This document shows, one piece after another, positions 1-8,323 of a stretch of 64,000 nucleotides of DNA. This DNA comes from Saprospirales bacterium (GTDB taxonomy: Bacteria > Bacteroidota > Bacteroidia > Chitinophagales > Saprospiraceae), in assembly GCA_016711045.1 (NCBI GenBank), contig JADJTT010000014.1, positions 12,602 to 76,601 on the forward strand, in the 5' to 3' direction. Below the pieces are notes generated by a model, which did not search any database, was not told where the DNA came from, and saw only the letters and a program-made list of their open reading frames with translations. The position numbers and the translations under genes were made by a program. Within the stretch, counting starts at the first letter, position 1; every line of letters begins with the position of its first letter.

Positions 1-2051
1 TCATATTCACGGTCGTACCGGATGCGTGCTACAAGATCGTACGTACCTGGAACGTGATCAACTGGTGTATCTATGACGACTTTGGCTACGATGCATACCT
101 GGAAGCTGGACATGCAGAGTGCAACCTGAATATGGATTGGGATGGCGACGGCGACAAAGATTGCCGCACCTTCCGCGATGGTTGGAACTCGACCGGCAAT
201 CCGGGTACTCCAGATGGTTTCATCAGCTACAAGCAGGTGATCAAAGTAATCGACAACGAGGCGCCTGTCTTCACGATCCCGGCTATCGACGGCTGTATCA
301 CCGATACGGATTGCAACACAGACATTACGCTGCCTTATCCGGATATCACCGACGATTGCTCCCTGGCAAATGAGGTGACTATCACGGGCGACTTCGGAAC
401 CTTCAACAACATCACGGGTGATGTAGTCATACCGAATGTAGAAGTTGGCGAATATGAAGTAACGTATGCCGTAACGGACAACTGTGGCAACACGGGTTAT
501 GAGACGATCACGATTGTCGTGGAAGACTGCAAGAAGCCGACTCCGTTGTGCGACAATGGGCTCGTTGTGGAAATCGATCCTCCTGGACCACTGCAAGTTG
601 AGGTTTGTGCTATCGCATTCGACGAAGGTTCCTTCGACAACTGCGGTCCGATCGCACACTTCAGCTACTCACCTGATATCAACGATGTTTGCCGGATCTT
701 TACTTGTGATGACCTCGGTCAGAACCCCGTACAGATCTGGGTAACGGATATCTATGGCAATCAGGATTACTGTGAAACATTCCTCGTCTTGCAAGACAAC
801 CTCAACTTATGTAACTCCGCAAATGGTCCGATCCTGGCCGGTGCGGTTGCTACGGAAGGCCAGGCTGGCGTAGAAGGCGTGAATGTAGAGGTGAACGGTG
901 GTATGTTCAGCGAATTCACGGATCAGGCCGGTACCTTCACCTTCGATGGTCTTGCTACGGGTGGTGACTACACCGTAGCTCCGGCACTCGATGAAAACCC
1001 GAACAATGGGGTAACTACCTATGACCTCGTGCTGATCAGCCGCCACATCCTGGGCATCCAGCCGCTGGGTTCTCCGTACAAGATGATCGCTGCAGATGCC
1101 AACAAATCAAACAGCGTAACTACGCTCGATATGGTACACATCCGCAAGGTGATCCTGCAGATCGAATCGGGCTTCCCGAACAACACGTCCTGGCGCTTTG
1201 TCGACAAGGACTATGTGTTCCCGAACCCTGCGAATCCGTTCGCAGCCACGTTCCCGGAAGTGATCAACTACAACAACCTGAGCTCGAACGACCTGAACGC
1301 GGACTTCGTAGCGGTAAAAGTGGGTGATGTGAACGGCTCTGCCGCCACCAGCCTCAACGGCGACGTAGAAGACCGCACGTTCAACGGCTCGATGAATATT
1401 GACGTACAAGATCAGCAACTGAAGGCTGGCAAGACCTACACGGTTGACTTCACGGCACAAGCCATCGACCTGTTGGGCTACCAGTTCACCCTGAACTACA
1501 ACACCCAGGCGATCGAGATCCAAAACCTCGTGGCTGGTGTGGCCGGTGAAGAGAACTTCGGTATGCTGCTGGAAGAAGGCGTGCTGACGACCAGCTGGAA
1601 CGTATCCGAGGCTCGTGCCCTGGCACAAGGCGAAGTACTGTTCAGCCTGGTAGTGAAAGCCAATGCAGATGTGGCATTGAGCGAAGTGTTCGGCGTAAGC
1701 TCGACTTACACCGCAGCTGAAGCCTATAACGGCAACAGCGAACTGCTCAATGTCAACCTGATGTTCAACGGCACAGAGGCAGCTGGTTTTGCGCTGTACC
1801 AGAACGTACCGAACCCGTTCAAGGGTGAAACGGTAATCGGCTTTACGCTTCCGGAAGCAAGCACCGCTACGCTGACGGTGATGGATGTATCCGGAAAAGT
1901 ACTGGCTACGGTAGCTGGTGAGTATGCAAAAGGCTACAACGAAGTACGCCTTGGTAGCGGCGAAAGATTTTCCGCCACTACTGGTGTCCTCTACTATCAA
2001 TTGGATACGCCGACGCACAGCGCGACGAAGAAGATGATTATCATCGAATAA
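1..2051 (+). CDS. Secreted cell-surface protein, 5'-truncated by the window edge. HYR-like Cys-containing Ig modules, a dockerin/cohesin-like region and a T9SS C-terminal sorting domain
   Basis: The frame is open from nt 3 (IFTVVPDACYKIVRTWNVINW...), so the GTG at 54 is not the real start. D.CGN...I.V.D motifs recur. The tail FALYQNVPNPFKGETVIGFTLPEASTATLTVMDVSGKVL...KKMIIIE is typical of a Por/T9SS CTD. Stop is TAA at 2049-2051. Confidence 0.85.
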   Translation, partial: IFTVVPDACYKIVRTWNVINWCIYDDFGYDAYLEAGHAECNLNMDWDGDGDKDCRTFRDGWNSTGNPGTPDGFISYKQVIKVIDNEAPVFTIPAIDGCITDTDCNTDITLPYPDITDDCSLANEVTITGDFGTFNNITGDVVIPNVEVGEYEVTYAVTDNCGNTGYETITIVVEDCKKPTPLCDNGLVVEIDPPGPLQVEVCAIAFDEGSFDNCGPIAHFSYSPDINDVCRIFTCDDLGQNPVQIWVTDIYGNQDYCETFLVLQDNLNLCNSANGPILAGAVATEGQAGVEGVNVEVNGGMFSEFTDQAGTFTFDGLATGGDYTVAPALDENPNNGVTTYDLVLISRHILGIQPLGSPYKMIAADANKSNSVTTLDMVHIRKVILQIESGFPNNTSWRFVDKDYVFPNPANPFAATFPEVINYNNLSSNDLNADFVAVKVGDVNGSAATSLNGDVEDRTFNGSMNIDVQDQQLKAGKTYTVDFTAQAIDLLGYQFTLNYNTQAIEIQNLVAGVAGEENFGMLLEEGVLTTSWNVSEARALAQGEVLFSLVVKANADVALSEVFGVSSTYTAAEAYNGNSELLNVNLMFNGTEAAGFALYQNVPNPFKGETVIGFTLPEASTATLTVMDVSGKVLATVAGEYAKGYNEVRLGSGERFSATTGVLYYQLDTPTHSATKKMIIIE

Positions 2052-2108
2052 TCGGTAAGGGCGAAAAGTCTTTCGCCCCTCCAAGACTTAAATCGGTTTT
2101 TGGGATAT

Positions 2109-2142
2109 GCCCCTCTCCGTTTCGGCGGAGAGGGGCTTTTTT
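2109..2142 (+). terminator. Rho-independent terminator after the surface-protein gene
   Basis: 11-bp perfect stem gcccctctccg/cggagaggggc with a 6-nt loop, followed by TTTTTT. Confidence 0.7.
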
Positions 2143-2161
2143 ATTAAGTACAGTGTAACTT

Positions 2162-2226
2162 AAATAAGTTTATAAAACCTGGTAGCGCAGGCAGAGCCCG
2201 CGCTACCAGGTTTTATAAACTTATTT
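2162..2226. repeat. Perfect 27-bp-arm palindrome between convergent genes (probable bidirectional terminator)
   Basis: The arm aaataagtttataaaacctggtagcgc (2162-2188) is the exact reverse complement of 2200-2226, with an 11-nt loop. Confidence 0.85.
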
Positions 2227-2242
2227 TGTCACATTACTTATT

Positions 2243-3923
2243 TTAAAAGATCAGCCACATCCCAATAACCGAAGCAATCAGCAGCAGCGTAAGCCACATA
2301 TCGGGATTGCTGGTAGAAAAATTTGCTTCTCCCGGTTCAGGGCGTTTGTAGGTTACATTTACCAGCTTTTCGGCAGTAGGCGCCGGGCTGGTGAGGCTGA
2401 CCAGAATCATAACGATGGAAGACAAGAGGAACAGGAAAACGGCGAAATGCAGGAAATTCATGGTGGCCATTCTGTGCAGGAAACTCCCATCCGCGAGCGT
2501 GATTGTACCATCCGAGCTGAGCACTTCCAATGCCAGCCGGCTCATGCCCAGGATAAAACCCGTCCAGAGCGCCCAGATGGCTCCGCGGGCATTCAGGCGG
2601 GGAATGAACAGGCCGAGGAGGAACGCCGCGGCAATAGGCGGCGAAATATAGGCCTGGATACTCTGGAGTACTTTGTAGAAACTATTCTCTCCCGAACTAA
2701 GCATAGACCGCAGTACAGGTATCCAGGCAAGGCTCAGGAGCACCAGGATGCCTGTAGCTACCTGGCCTACGAATACCAGCTGTTTTTCCGTGGCCAGCGG
2801 CTTCCACTTCTTATAAAAGTCGATCGTGAATAGGGTAGAGCAGGAGTTGAACACAGAGGACAGAGAACTCATCAAGGCCGCCAGCAATCCAGCCAAAACC
2901 AGGCCTTTGATCCCTTTTGGCAGGAATTGCGTAACCATAGCCGGAAGCGCTTCGTCTGGTCTGTTGAGATGGATGAGCCCTTTCTGCGTCAAAGCAAATG
3001 CGATGATACCCGGAATGATAAAAATAAACAAAGGGGTAAGTTTCAGAAAGCCGGCGAAAATCGTCCCCTTGCGCGCATTGGAGATATCCTTGGCAGACAA
3101 TACCCGCTGCACGATAAATTGGTCGGTGCACCAATACCAGACGCCCAGGATCGGGGCGCCAAAAACAATGCCGGTCCACGGATAATTGACGTCGCTCCCC
3201 GGTCGCCAAAGGCTGAAAAAGTGTTTGGCCTCGAGATTTGGGGTTGGCTTCTGCCGCGGTATTCAGGGTTGCCAGCATGCCGTCCCATCCACCTAGTGCC
3301 TGCAGACCGAAAATGAGGATGGCAATGGCGCCGGCGAGGAATACGAACATCTGGATCATGTCTGTATAGATCACGGCTCGCAACCCCCCCAACACCGTAT
3401 AAACTCCGGTGGCGAGCACTACGATGATCGCACCGGTCCAGAATGAAACACCCATTACCTCAAATACCAGCGCGCCGGCAAAGATGGTCAGGGATATCTT
3501 GGTCAAAATATAAGCGATAATGGACACGATGGAAAGGTAGTTGCGGGCACTGGAAGAGTATCGGCGCTCCAGAAACTCCGGCATGGTAAACACCCCGCTT
3601 TTCAAATAAAATGGCACGAATACCCATCCCAGCAAGATCAGAATAAGGGCTGCAATAATTTCGAATTGCCCGGCAACGAATTCGCCTTTGGCGCCAGATC
3701 CCGCCAATCCTACCAGGTGCTCGGAACCGATGTTGGAAGCAAACAAAGAAGCCCCAATGACAAACCAGCCGACGTTTTTTCCGCCCAGAAAATAATCGGA
3801 TGACCCGTAGTCGCCCTTCTTCGCACGGCGCTCCTGAACAGTCACGTACCAGGCGAGCAAAAACACCACCGCAAAATAGGCCAGCACAATAAGGCCGTCC
3901 AGCATAGAGAGGTTCTGAAACAT
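2243..3923 (-). pseudogene. Sodium:solute symporter (SSF/SGLT-like), split by a +1 frame change
   Basis: The N-terminal part starts MFQNLSMLDG...GSEHLVGLAGSGA (ATG at 3923). The C-terminal part reads HFFSLWRPGSDVNYPWTGIVFGAPILGVWYWCTDQFIVQRVLSAKDISNARKG... The two frames join at the ttt/gggg runs 3237-3243 (...AEANP | NLEAKHFF...). Confidence 0.85.
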
Positions 3924-4026
3924 GGTCTTTCTTTTTAATTTTTGATAATACACTAAATTTAGAATTTTGCAGGAACTTTGGGCCCCGGATCGAATTATTA
4001 ATTTTAGATTCCCAAATTTCACCCGC

Positions 4027-5613
4027 ATGACGACCAATAAAGAAATTGCCAAATCCTTTCAACTACTCGGAGAACTGATGGAACTACACGGGGAAAATCC
4101 CTTCAAGATCCGTTCCTACCAAAACGCTTACCTGAACCTCCGAAAAATGGACCAGCCGCTTTCCGAACTTTCGGAAGCCGAACTCTCCGCACTGAAAGGC
4201 GTGGGCAACGCCATCAGCGGCAAGATCCGGGAATTGGTGGAGACGGGAAAAATGCAAACCCTCGAACGCTACAAAGCCCAAACGCCTGAAGGACTTCAGG
4301 AAATCCTACAGGTACCTGGACTGGGGCCCAAAAAGATCCGCCTGCTCTGGAAGGAACTTGACATCGAATCCATCGGCGAATTGCTGTACGCCGTCAACGA
4401 GAACCGCTTGCTGGATCTCAAAGGCTTCGGCCTCAAAACCCAGGAGGACCTCAGGCAGAAACTCGAATTTTTTCAACATACACGGCATTTGTATCACTAT
4501 GCCGCCGCCTGGACGGAGGCAGGTAAGCTGCTCGAAACCCTTCGAAACCAACTGCCCGGCCGGCAGATCGAACTGACTGGCGCCATCAGACGAAAAAATA
4601 ATGTGGTGGATCGGATCGAATTCCTGGTAGAAGGGGAGGAGGCGGACGCCTCTTTTCTGGAGACCTCCTTTCCGGTGCATATCCACTTCGCTCCGGCCAA
4701 CAACTTTGGAACGGCCTGGGTGAAAACCACAGACGGCAGTGATTTTTGGGATCAATTGGCTGCCTCCAACCCGGATCAGCCCACCGAACAGGCCCTCTTC
4801 GCCGCCGCCGGACTGCCTTTTGTCGAACCCGAACTGCGCGATATCCCGCATGCCATTGATTGGGCCCGAAAAGGAGCAATGCCGCAGCTGGTCGAAGCGA
4901 CCGATCTGAAAGGCCTCGTTCATGCCCACTCCACCTATAGCGACGGGATGCACTCCCTTCGGGAAATGGCGATCCACGCCAGGTCCCTTGGCTATCAATA
5001 CCTCGGCATTACCGATCACTCCCAGTCAGCCTTTTATGCCAATGGCCTCAAACCCGACCGGGTGCGCGCGCAATGGGAGGAGATCGACGCCCTGAATGCC
5101 GAATTGGCGCCCTTTCGCATCTTTAAAGGCATTGAAAGCGATATCCTGAACGATGGCCGCCTGGATTACGAATCCGATATCCTCGATGGCTTTGACTTTA
5201 TCATCGCCTCCATCCACTCCAATCTCCGCATGGACGAAGAAAAGGCCACCCAACGCCTGATCACAGCCATCGAAGATCCGCATACCCGCATCCTGGGGCA
5301 CCCCACCGGCCGCCTCCTGCTCAGCCGCACCGGCTATCCCATCGACCACAAAAAAGTGATCGACGCCTGTGCCGCCAACGGCGTCGCTATCGAACTCAAC
5401 GCCAATCCCTACCGCCTCGATCTCGACTGGACCTGGATACCCTACGCCCGCGAAAAAGACGTCCTGATCGCCATCAACCCCGATGCACACAGCAAAAGCG
5501 GTATGCTAGACATGCACTTCGGTCTCTGCGCCGCCCGAAAAGGAGGCCTGACAGCCGAAGGATGTCTCAATGCGCTGTCAGCGGAGGCATTTAATCGCTT
5601 TTTTTCAGAGTAG
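4027..5613 (+). CDS. PolX-family protein (N-terminal helix-hairpin-helix/8-kDa-like region plus C-terminal PHP phosphoesterase domain)
   Basis: MTTNKEIAKSFQLLGELMELHGENPFKIRSYQNAY...GVGNAISGKIRE...VPGLGPKKI is PolX-like. HAHSTYSDG...ITDHS...HPTGRLL...NA is PHP-like. I prefer the ATG at 4027 because the 3967 ORF start overlaps the divergent symporter promoter. Confidence 0.75.
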   Translation: MTTNKEIAKSFQLLGELMELHGENPFKIRSYQNAYLNLRKMDQPLSELSEAELSALKGVGNAISGKIRELVETGKMQTLERYKAQTPEGLQEILQVPGLGPKKIRLLWKELDIESIGELLYAVNENRLLDLKGFGLKTQEDLRQKLEFFQHTRHLYHYAAAWTEAGKLLETLRNQLPGRQIELTGAIRRKNNVVDRIEFLVEGEEADASFLETSFPVHIHFAPANNFGTAWVKTTDGSDFWDQLAASNPDQPTEQALFAAAGLPFVEPELRDIPHAIDWARKGAMPQLVEATDLKGLVHAHSTYSDGMHSLREMAIHARSLGYQYLGITDHSQSAFYANGLKPDRVRAQWEEIDALNAELAPFRIFKGIESDILNDGRLDYESDILDGFDFIIASIHSNLRMDEEKATQRLITAIEDPHTRILGHPTGRLLLSRTGYPIDHKKVIDACAANGVAIELNANPYRLDLDWTWIPYAREKDVLIAINPDAHSKSGMLDMHFGLCAARKGGLTAEGCLNALSAEAFNRFFSE

Positions 5614-5812
5614 GCGCCAGGTATGGCGCTTCTACGCCTTCACTCTCCATTCTCCACCAATTTAACATCTCATTAACAAAAATTGAAAAGCGGTTAACAG
5701 GGGGTATGAAGGGAATCACTAATTTTGTGGTGCGAAAATCAAACATTCCCTGAACAAAACAGGGGATTTATGAATTATTGATCAAGAACACTTTGCAAAA
5801 ATTTTAAGAAAC

Positions 5813-6364
5813 ATGATGAATCGATTCAAATTTGGCTTGTTGGCGCTGGCGATTGTCGGCTTTATGATGAGCTGCAAAAACGACAGCGATGTACGCGATG
5901 CAGCTGCTCAGAGTGTAACCGCTACTGATGCTACGCAACCCGGGCTTCAGCCCACTTCGGATGCATTGGCAGAAAATGCGGCTGCTGGACAGGAAACGGC
6001 TACCGTACCTACGGGTCCGACTACTTCCGTTCAATATTCGGAAACGGAGTTTGACTTTGGTACCATTGACCAGGGCGATTTGGTGACCCACGAATACAAA
6101 TTCAAGAACACGGGTAATGAGCCGCTGATCATCAACTCTGCCAAAGGCAGCTGTGGTTGTACGGTTCCTTCCTGGCCCAAAGAGCCTATTGCTCCGGGTA
6201 AGGAAGCGGTGATCTCGGTTCAATTTGATTCCAAAGGCAAGAGTGGCGCCCAGAACAAGAAGGTGACCATCACAGCCAATACCAACCCCCAGCAGTCTTT
6301 CCTCTACCTGAAAGGTACGGTGAATGCCCCGCAGGGAGCGGCTACGGGAACTCCGGCTCAGTAA
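5813..6364 (+). CDS. DUF1573 domain lipoprotein
   Basis: Signal peptide with a lipobox (FMMSC). The core FDFGTIDQGDLVTHEYKFKNTGNEPLIINSAKGSCGCTVPSWPKEPIAPG matches my recollection of DUF1573. Confidence 0.8.
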   Translation: MMNRFKFGLLALAIVGFMMSCKNDSDVRDAAAQSVTATDATQPGLQPTSDALAENAAAGQETATVPTGPTTSVQYSETEFDFGTIDQGDLVTHEYKFKNTGNEPLIINSAKGSCGCTVPSWPKEPIAPGKEAVISVQFDSKGKSGAQNKKVTITANTNPQQSFLYLKGTVNAPQGAATGTPAQ

Positions 6365-6463
6365 TAATAAGCCAGATTTCTGCAAAAAAGGTGCAGCGGG
6401 TTCCCGTTGCACCTTTTTGTTTTCATACAAACCCCTACCTTTGTGCGTAGACAGCCACCAAGC

Positions 6464-7330
6464 ATGAAGAAATATTTTTCCCTCGTCACATTTGCACATA
6501 CCATCTTTGCACTGCCTTTTGCAATGGTAGGTTTTTTCCTGGGACTGCAACACCGCTCGCAGCCTGGGTTTCCTTTTCGGGAATTGATCCTGGTGCTCCT
6601 CTGTATGGTGTTTGCCCGCAGCGCCGCCATGGCGTTCAACCGCTATGCCGACCGTGGTATCGATCGTAATAATCCGCGAACAGCGGGAAGAGAAATTCCT
6701 TCGGGGGCCATCTCCCCGCAAGCTGCGTTGTTCTTTGTGCTGGGCTCCGCTGCCCTGTTTATCCTGGCTGCCTGGTTTATCAACCCCATCTGCTTTTACC
6801 TGTCGCCCGTAGCGCTGGCAGTTGTGCTCGGGTATAGCTACACGAAGCGTTTTACGCCTTTGTGCCATCTGGTATTGGGGCTGGGGCTTTCCCTGGCGCC
6901 TATCGGGGCCTACCTGGCTGTCACGGGGGTGTTTAATCTTATTCCCCTGCTGTTTAGCGGGGCGGTGTTGTTTTGGGTGTCGGGTTTTGATATTATTTAT
7001 GCCCTTCAGGATGAAGAGTTCGACAAATCGCAACGCCTGTTTTCCATCCCCGTGGCATTGGGCCGGCGGGGAGCGCTCAACCTGTCGATCGTACTGCATA
7101 TTATCTGCGCGGCATTCATGTTGGCTGCCGTCTGGATGATCTCCCAATCGCTTCCGGACTTTGGCTGGATCTATTGGACGGCTACCACCATTTTCCTGGC
7201 CATGTTGGTCTACCAGCACACCATTGTGTCGCCTACCAATTTGAGCCGGGTCAATCGCGCTTTTTTTACGACAAATGGATTTGCTAGTTTGATTTTCGGG
7301 GTGTTGTTTATCCTCGACATATATATATGA
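6464..7330 (+). CDS. UbiA-family polyprenyltransferase (4-hydroxybenzoate/menaquinone-type)
   Basis: Multi-TM protein with NRYADRGIDRNNPRT and YALQDEEFD Asp-rich prenyltransferase motifs. Start taken at MKKYFSLV. The stop overlaps the next gene (ATGA at 7327-7330). Confidence 0.8.
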   Translation: MKKYFSLVTFAHTIFALPFAMVGFFLGLQHRSQPGFPFRELILVLLCMVFARSAAMAFNRYADRGIDRNNPRTAGREIPSGAISPQAALFFVLGSAALFILAAWFINPICFYLSPVALAVVLGYSYTKRFTPLCHLVLGLGLSLAPIGAYLAVTGVFNLIPLLFSGAVLFWVSGFDIIYALQDEEFDKSQRLFSIPVALGRRGALNLSIVLHIICAAFMLAAVWMISQSLPDFGWIYWTATTIFLAMLVYQHTIVSPTNLSRVNRAFFTTNGFASLIFGVLFILDIYI

Positions 7331-8304
7331 GGAAGATTGCTTCCATAGGATTTTTTTTAAGCTGTTTTTTGGCTTTCATTCCATGGGGGCAGGCTCAGCA
7401 GCGGTCGCAATTTACGCACTACCTTTTTCAACAAATCGCCTACAACCCGGCTTATGCGGGCGCAAAAGGCTACCTGCAGAGCGGCTTGTCGCTTCGCTCC
7501 CAATGGATGGGCCTGGAAGGGGGACCTCGCAGCGCTTTTTTTAACGTACACAGCTCGTTGCGCAATAAGCGGTTGGCGCTCGGCCTAATGGGGCAGTCAG
7601 ACCGGACAGGCCCGTCCAAATACACCCAAGTTCAGGCGATCTATACCTACCGGATCCATCTCGAAAACATACGGATCAGCGCCGGGGTGCAGGCCGGTAT
7701 GGAAAATTACCGCGTCGACTGGAGCCAACTCGACCTGGAAAACCCCGTGGACGACGCCTTTCCAATGGAGCCTTCGTCCTGGTGGAGCCCCATGATCGGG
7801 GTAGGGGTGATGGCCCAGGGAACACACTGGTATGCTGGACTCTCCTGTCCTTCCCTGTTGGAACAAGCCCTTTTTTATGAAAGCGCCAACGCGTTGTTCA
7901 CCCGCCGCCTGCGCCACCTCTATGCCATGGCCGGCGCCGAGTGGGAAGTCAATGCCGACTGGCGTTTCCTGGCGGCCACCCTGTTCAGTTCGGTATGGGC
8001 GAAAGAAACGGCTTCCGGTCCGGCCTCCTGGGATCTATATGGCTCTTTTTTTTACAGGGACTTGTTTTTGGCAGGCATGTCTTATCAGACCGGTATTCCC
8101 TTCTGGAAGCCTGGCATGGGCCTGGGGCAATCCGGAGGCCTCTTTGCCGTTTTTCAATTGGAAAATGGGCTGCGGTTCGGTCTTTCTTTTGATATCCCCT
8201 TTTCCAGGCTCGCCCAGCCTGCTTTTGGGTCGTTGGAATGGACGATGGGGTATGAATGGCACGTCCGGGCGCGTCGGGTCGCCACACCCCGGTTCTTCTG
8301 GTAA
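7327..8304 (+). CDS. PorP/SprF-family type IX secretion membrane protein
   Basis: Signal peptide followed by QQRSQFTHYLFQQIAYNPAYAG, the characteristic PorP/SprF N-terminus. About 325 aa and beta-rich. Confidence 0.8.
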   Translation: MRKIASIGFFLSCFLAFIPWGQAQQRSQFTHYLFQQIAYNPAYAGAKGYLQSGLSLRSQWMGLEGGPRSAFFNVHSSLRNKRLALGLMGQSDRTGPSKYTQVQAIYTYRIHLENIRISAGVQAGMENYRVDWSQLDLENPVDDAFPMEPSSWWSPMIGVGVMAQGTHWYAGLSCPSLLEQALFYESANALFTRRLRHLYAMAGAEWEVNADWRFLAATLFSSVWAKETASGPASWDLYGSFFYRDLFLAGMSYQTGIPFWKPGMGLGQSGGLFAVFQLENGLRFGLSFDIPFSRLAQPAFGSLEWTMGYEWHVRARRVATPRFFW

Positions 8305-8323
8305 TCCCAAACATAACGGATCA

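Noticed and set aside
5804-7219. Long ORFs antisense to real genes. Examples: 5804-7219 (471 aa), 8615-10030 (471 aa), 13353-14642 (429 aa), 46891-48297 (468 aa), 49526-50656 (376 aa), 53165-54310 (381 aa), 62470-63858 (462 aa), 39137-40162 (341 aa) and 1107-2084 (325 aa).
   Set aside because: Each lies opposite a gene with clear family motifs. Their translations are low-complexity (rich in R/G/H/Q/P) with no recognisable domains. Stop-poor antisense frames are a compositional by-product of the codon usage on the sense strand.
7832-8323. Upstream extension of the TPR-PD40 ORF overlapping the PorP/SprF gene. The same kind of extension was considered at 3967-4026, 6407-6463, 15286-15357, 23913-24059, 26076-26096, 30011-30058, 41217-41261 and 49502-49549.
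   Set aside because: The extensions overlap neighbouring genes or repeats and lack signal-peptide or family features. Internal ATGs give canonical N-termini.
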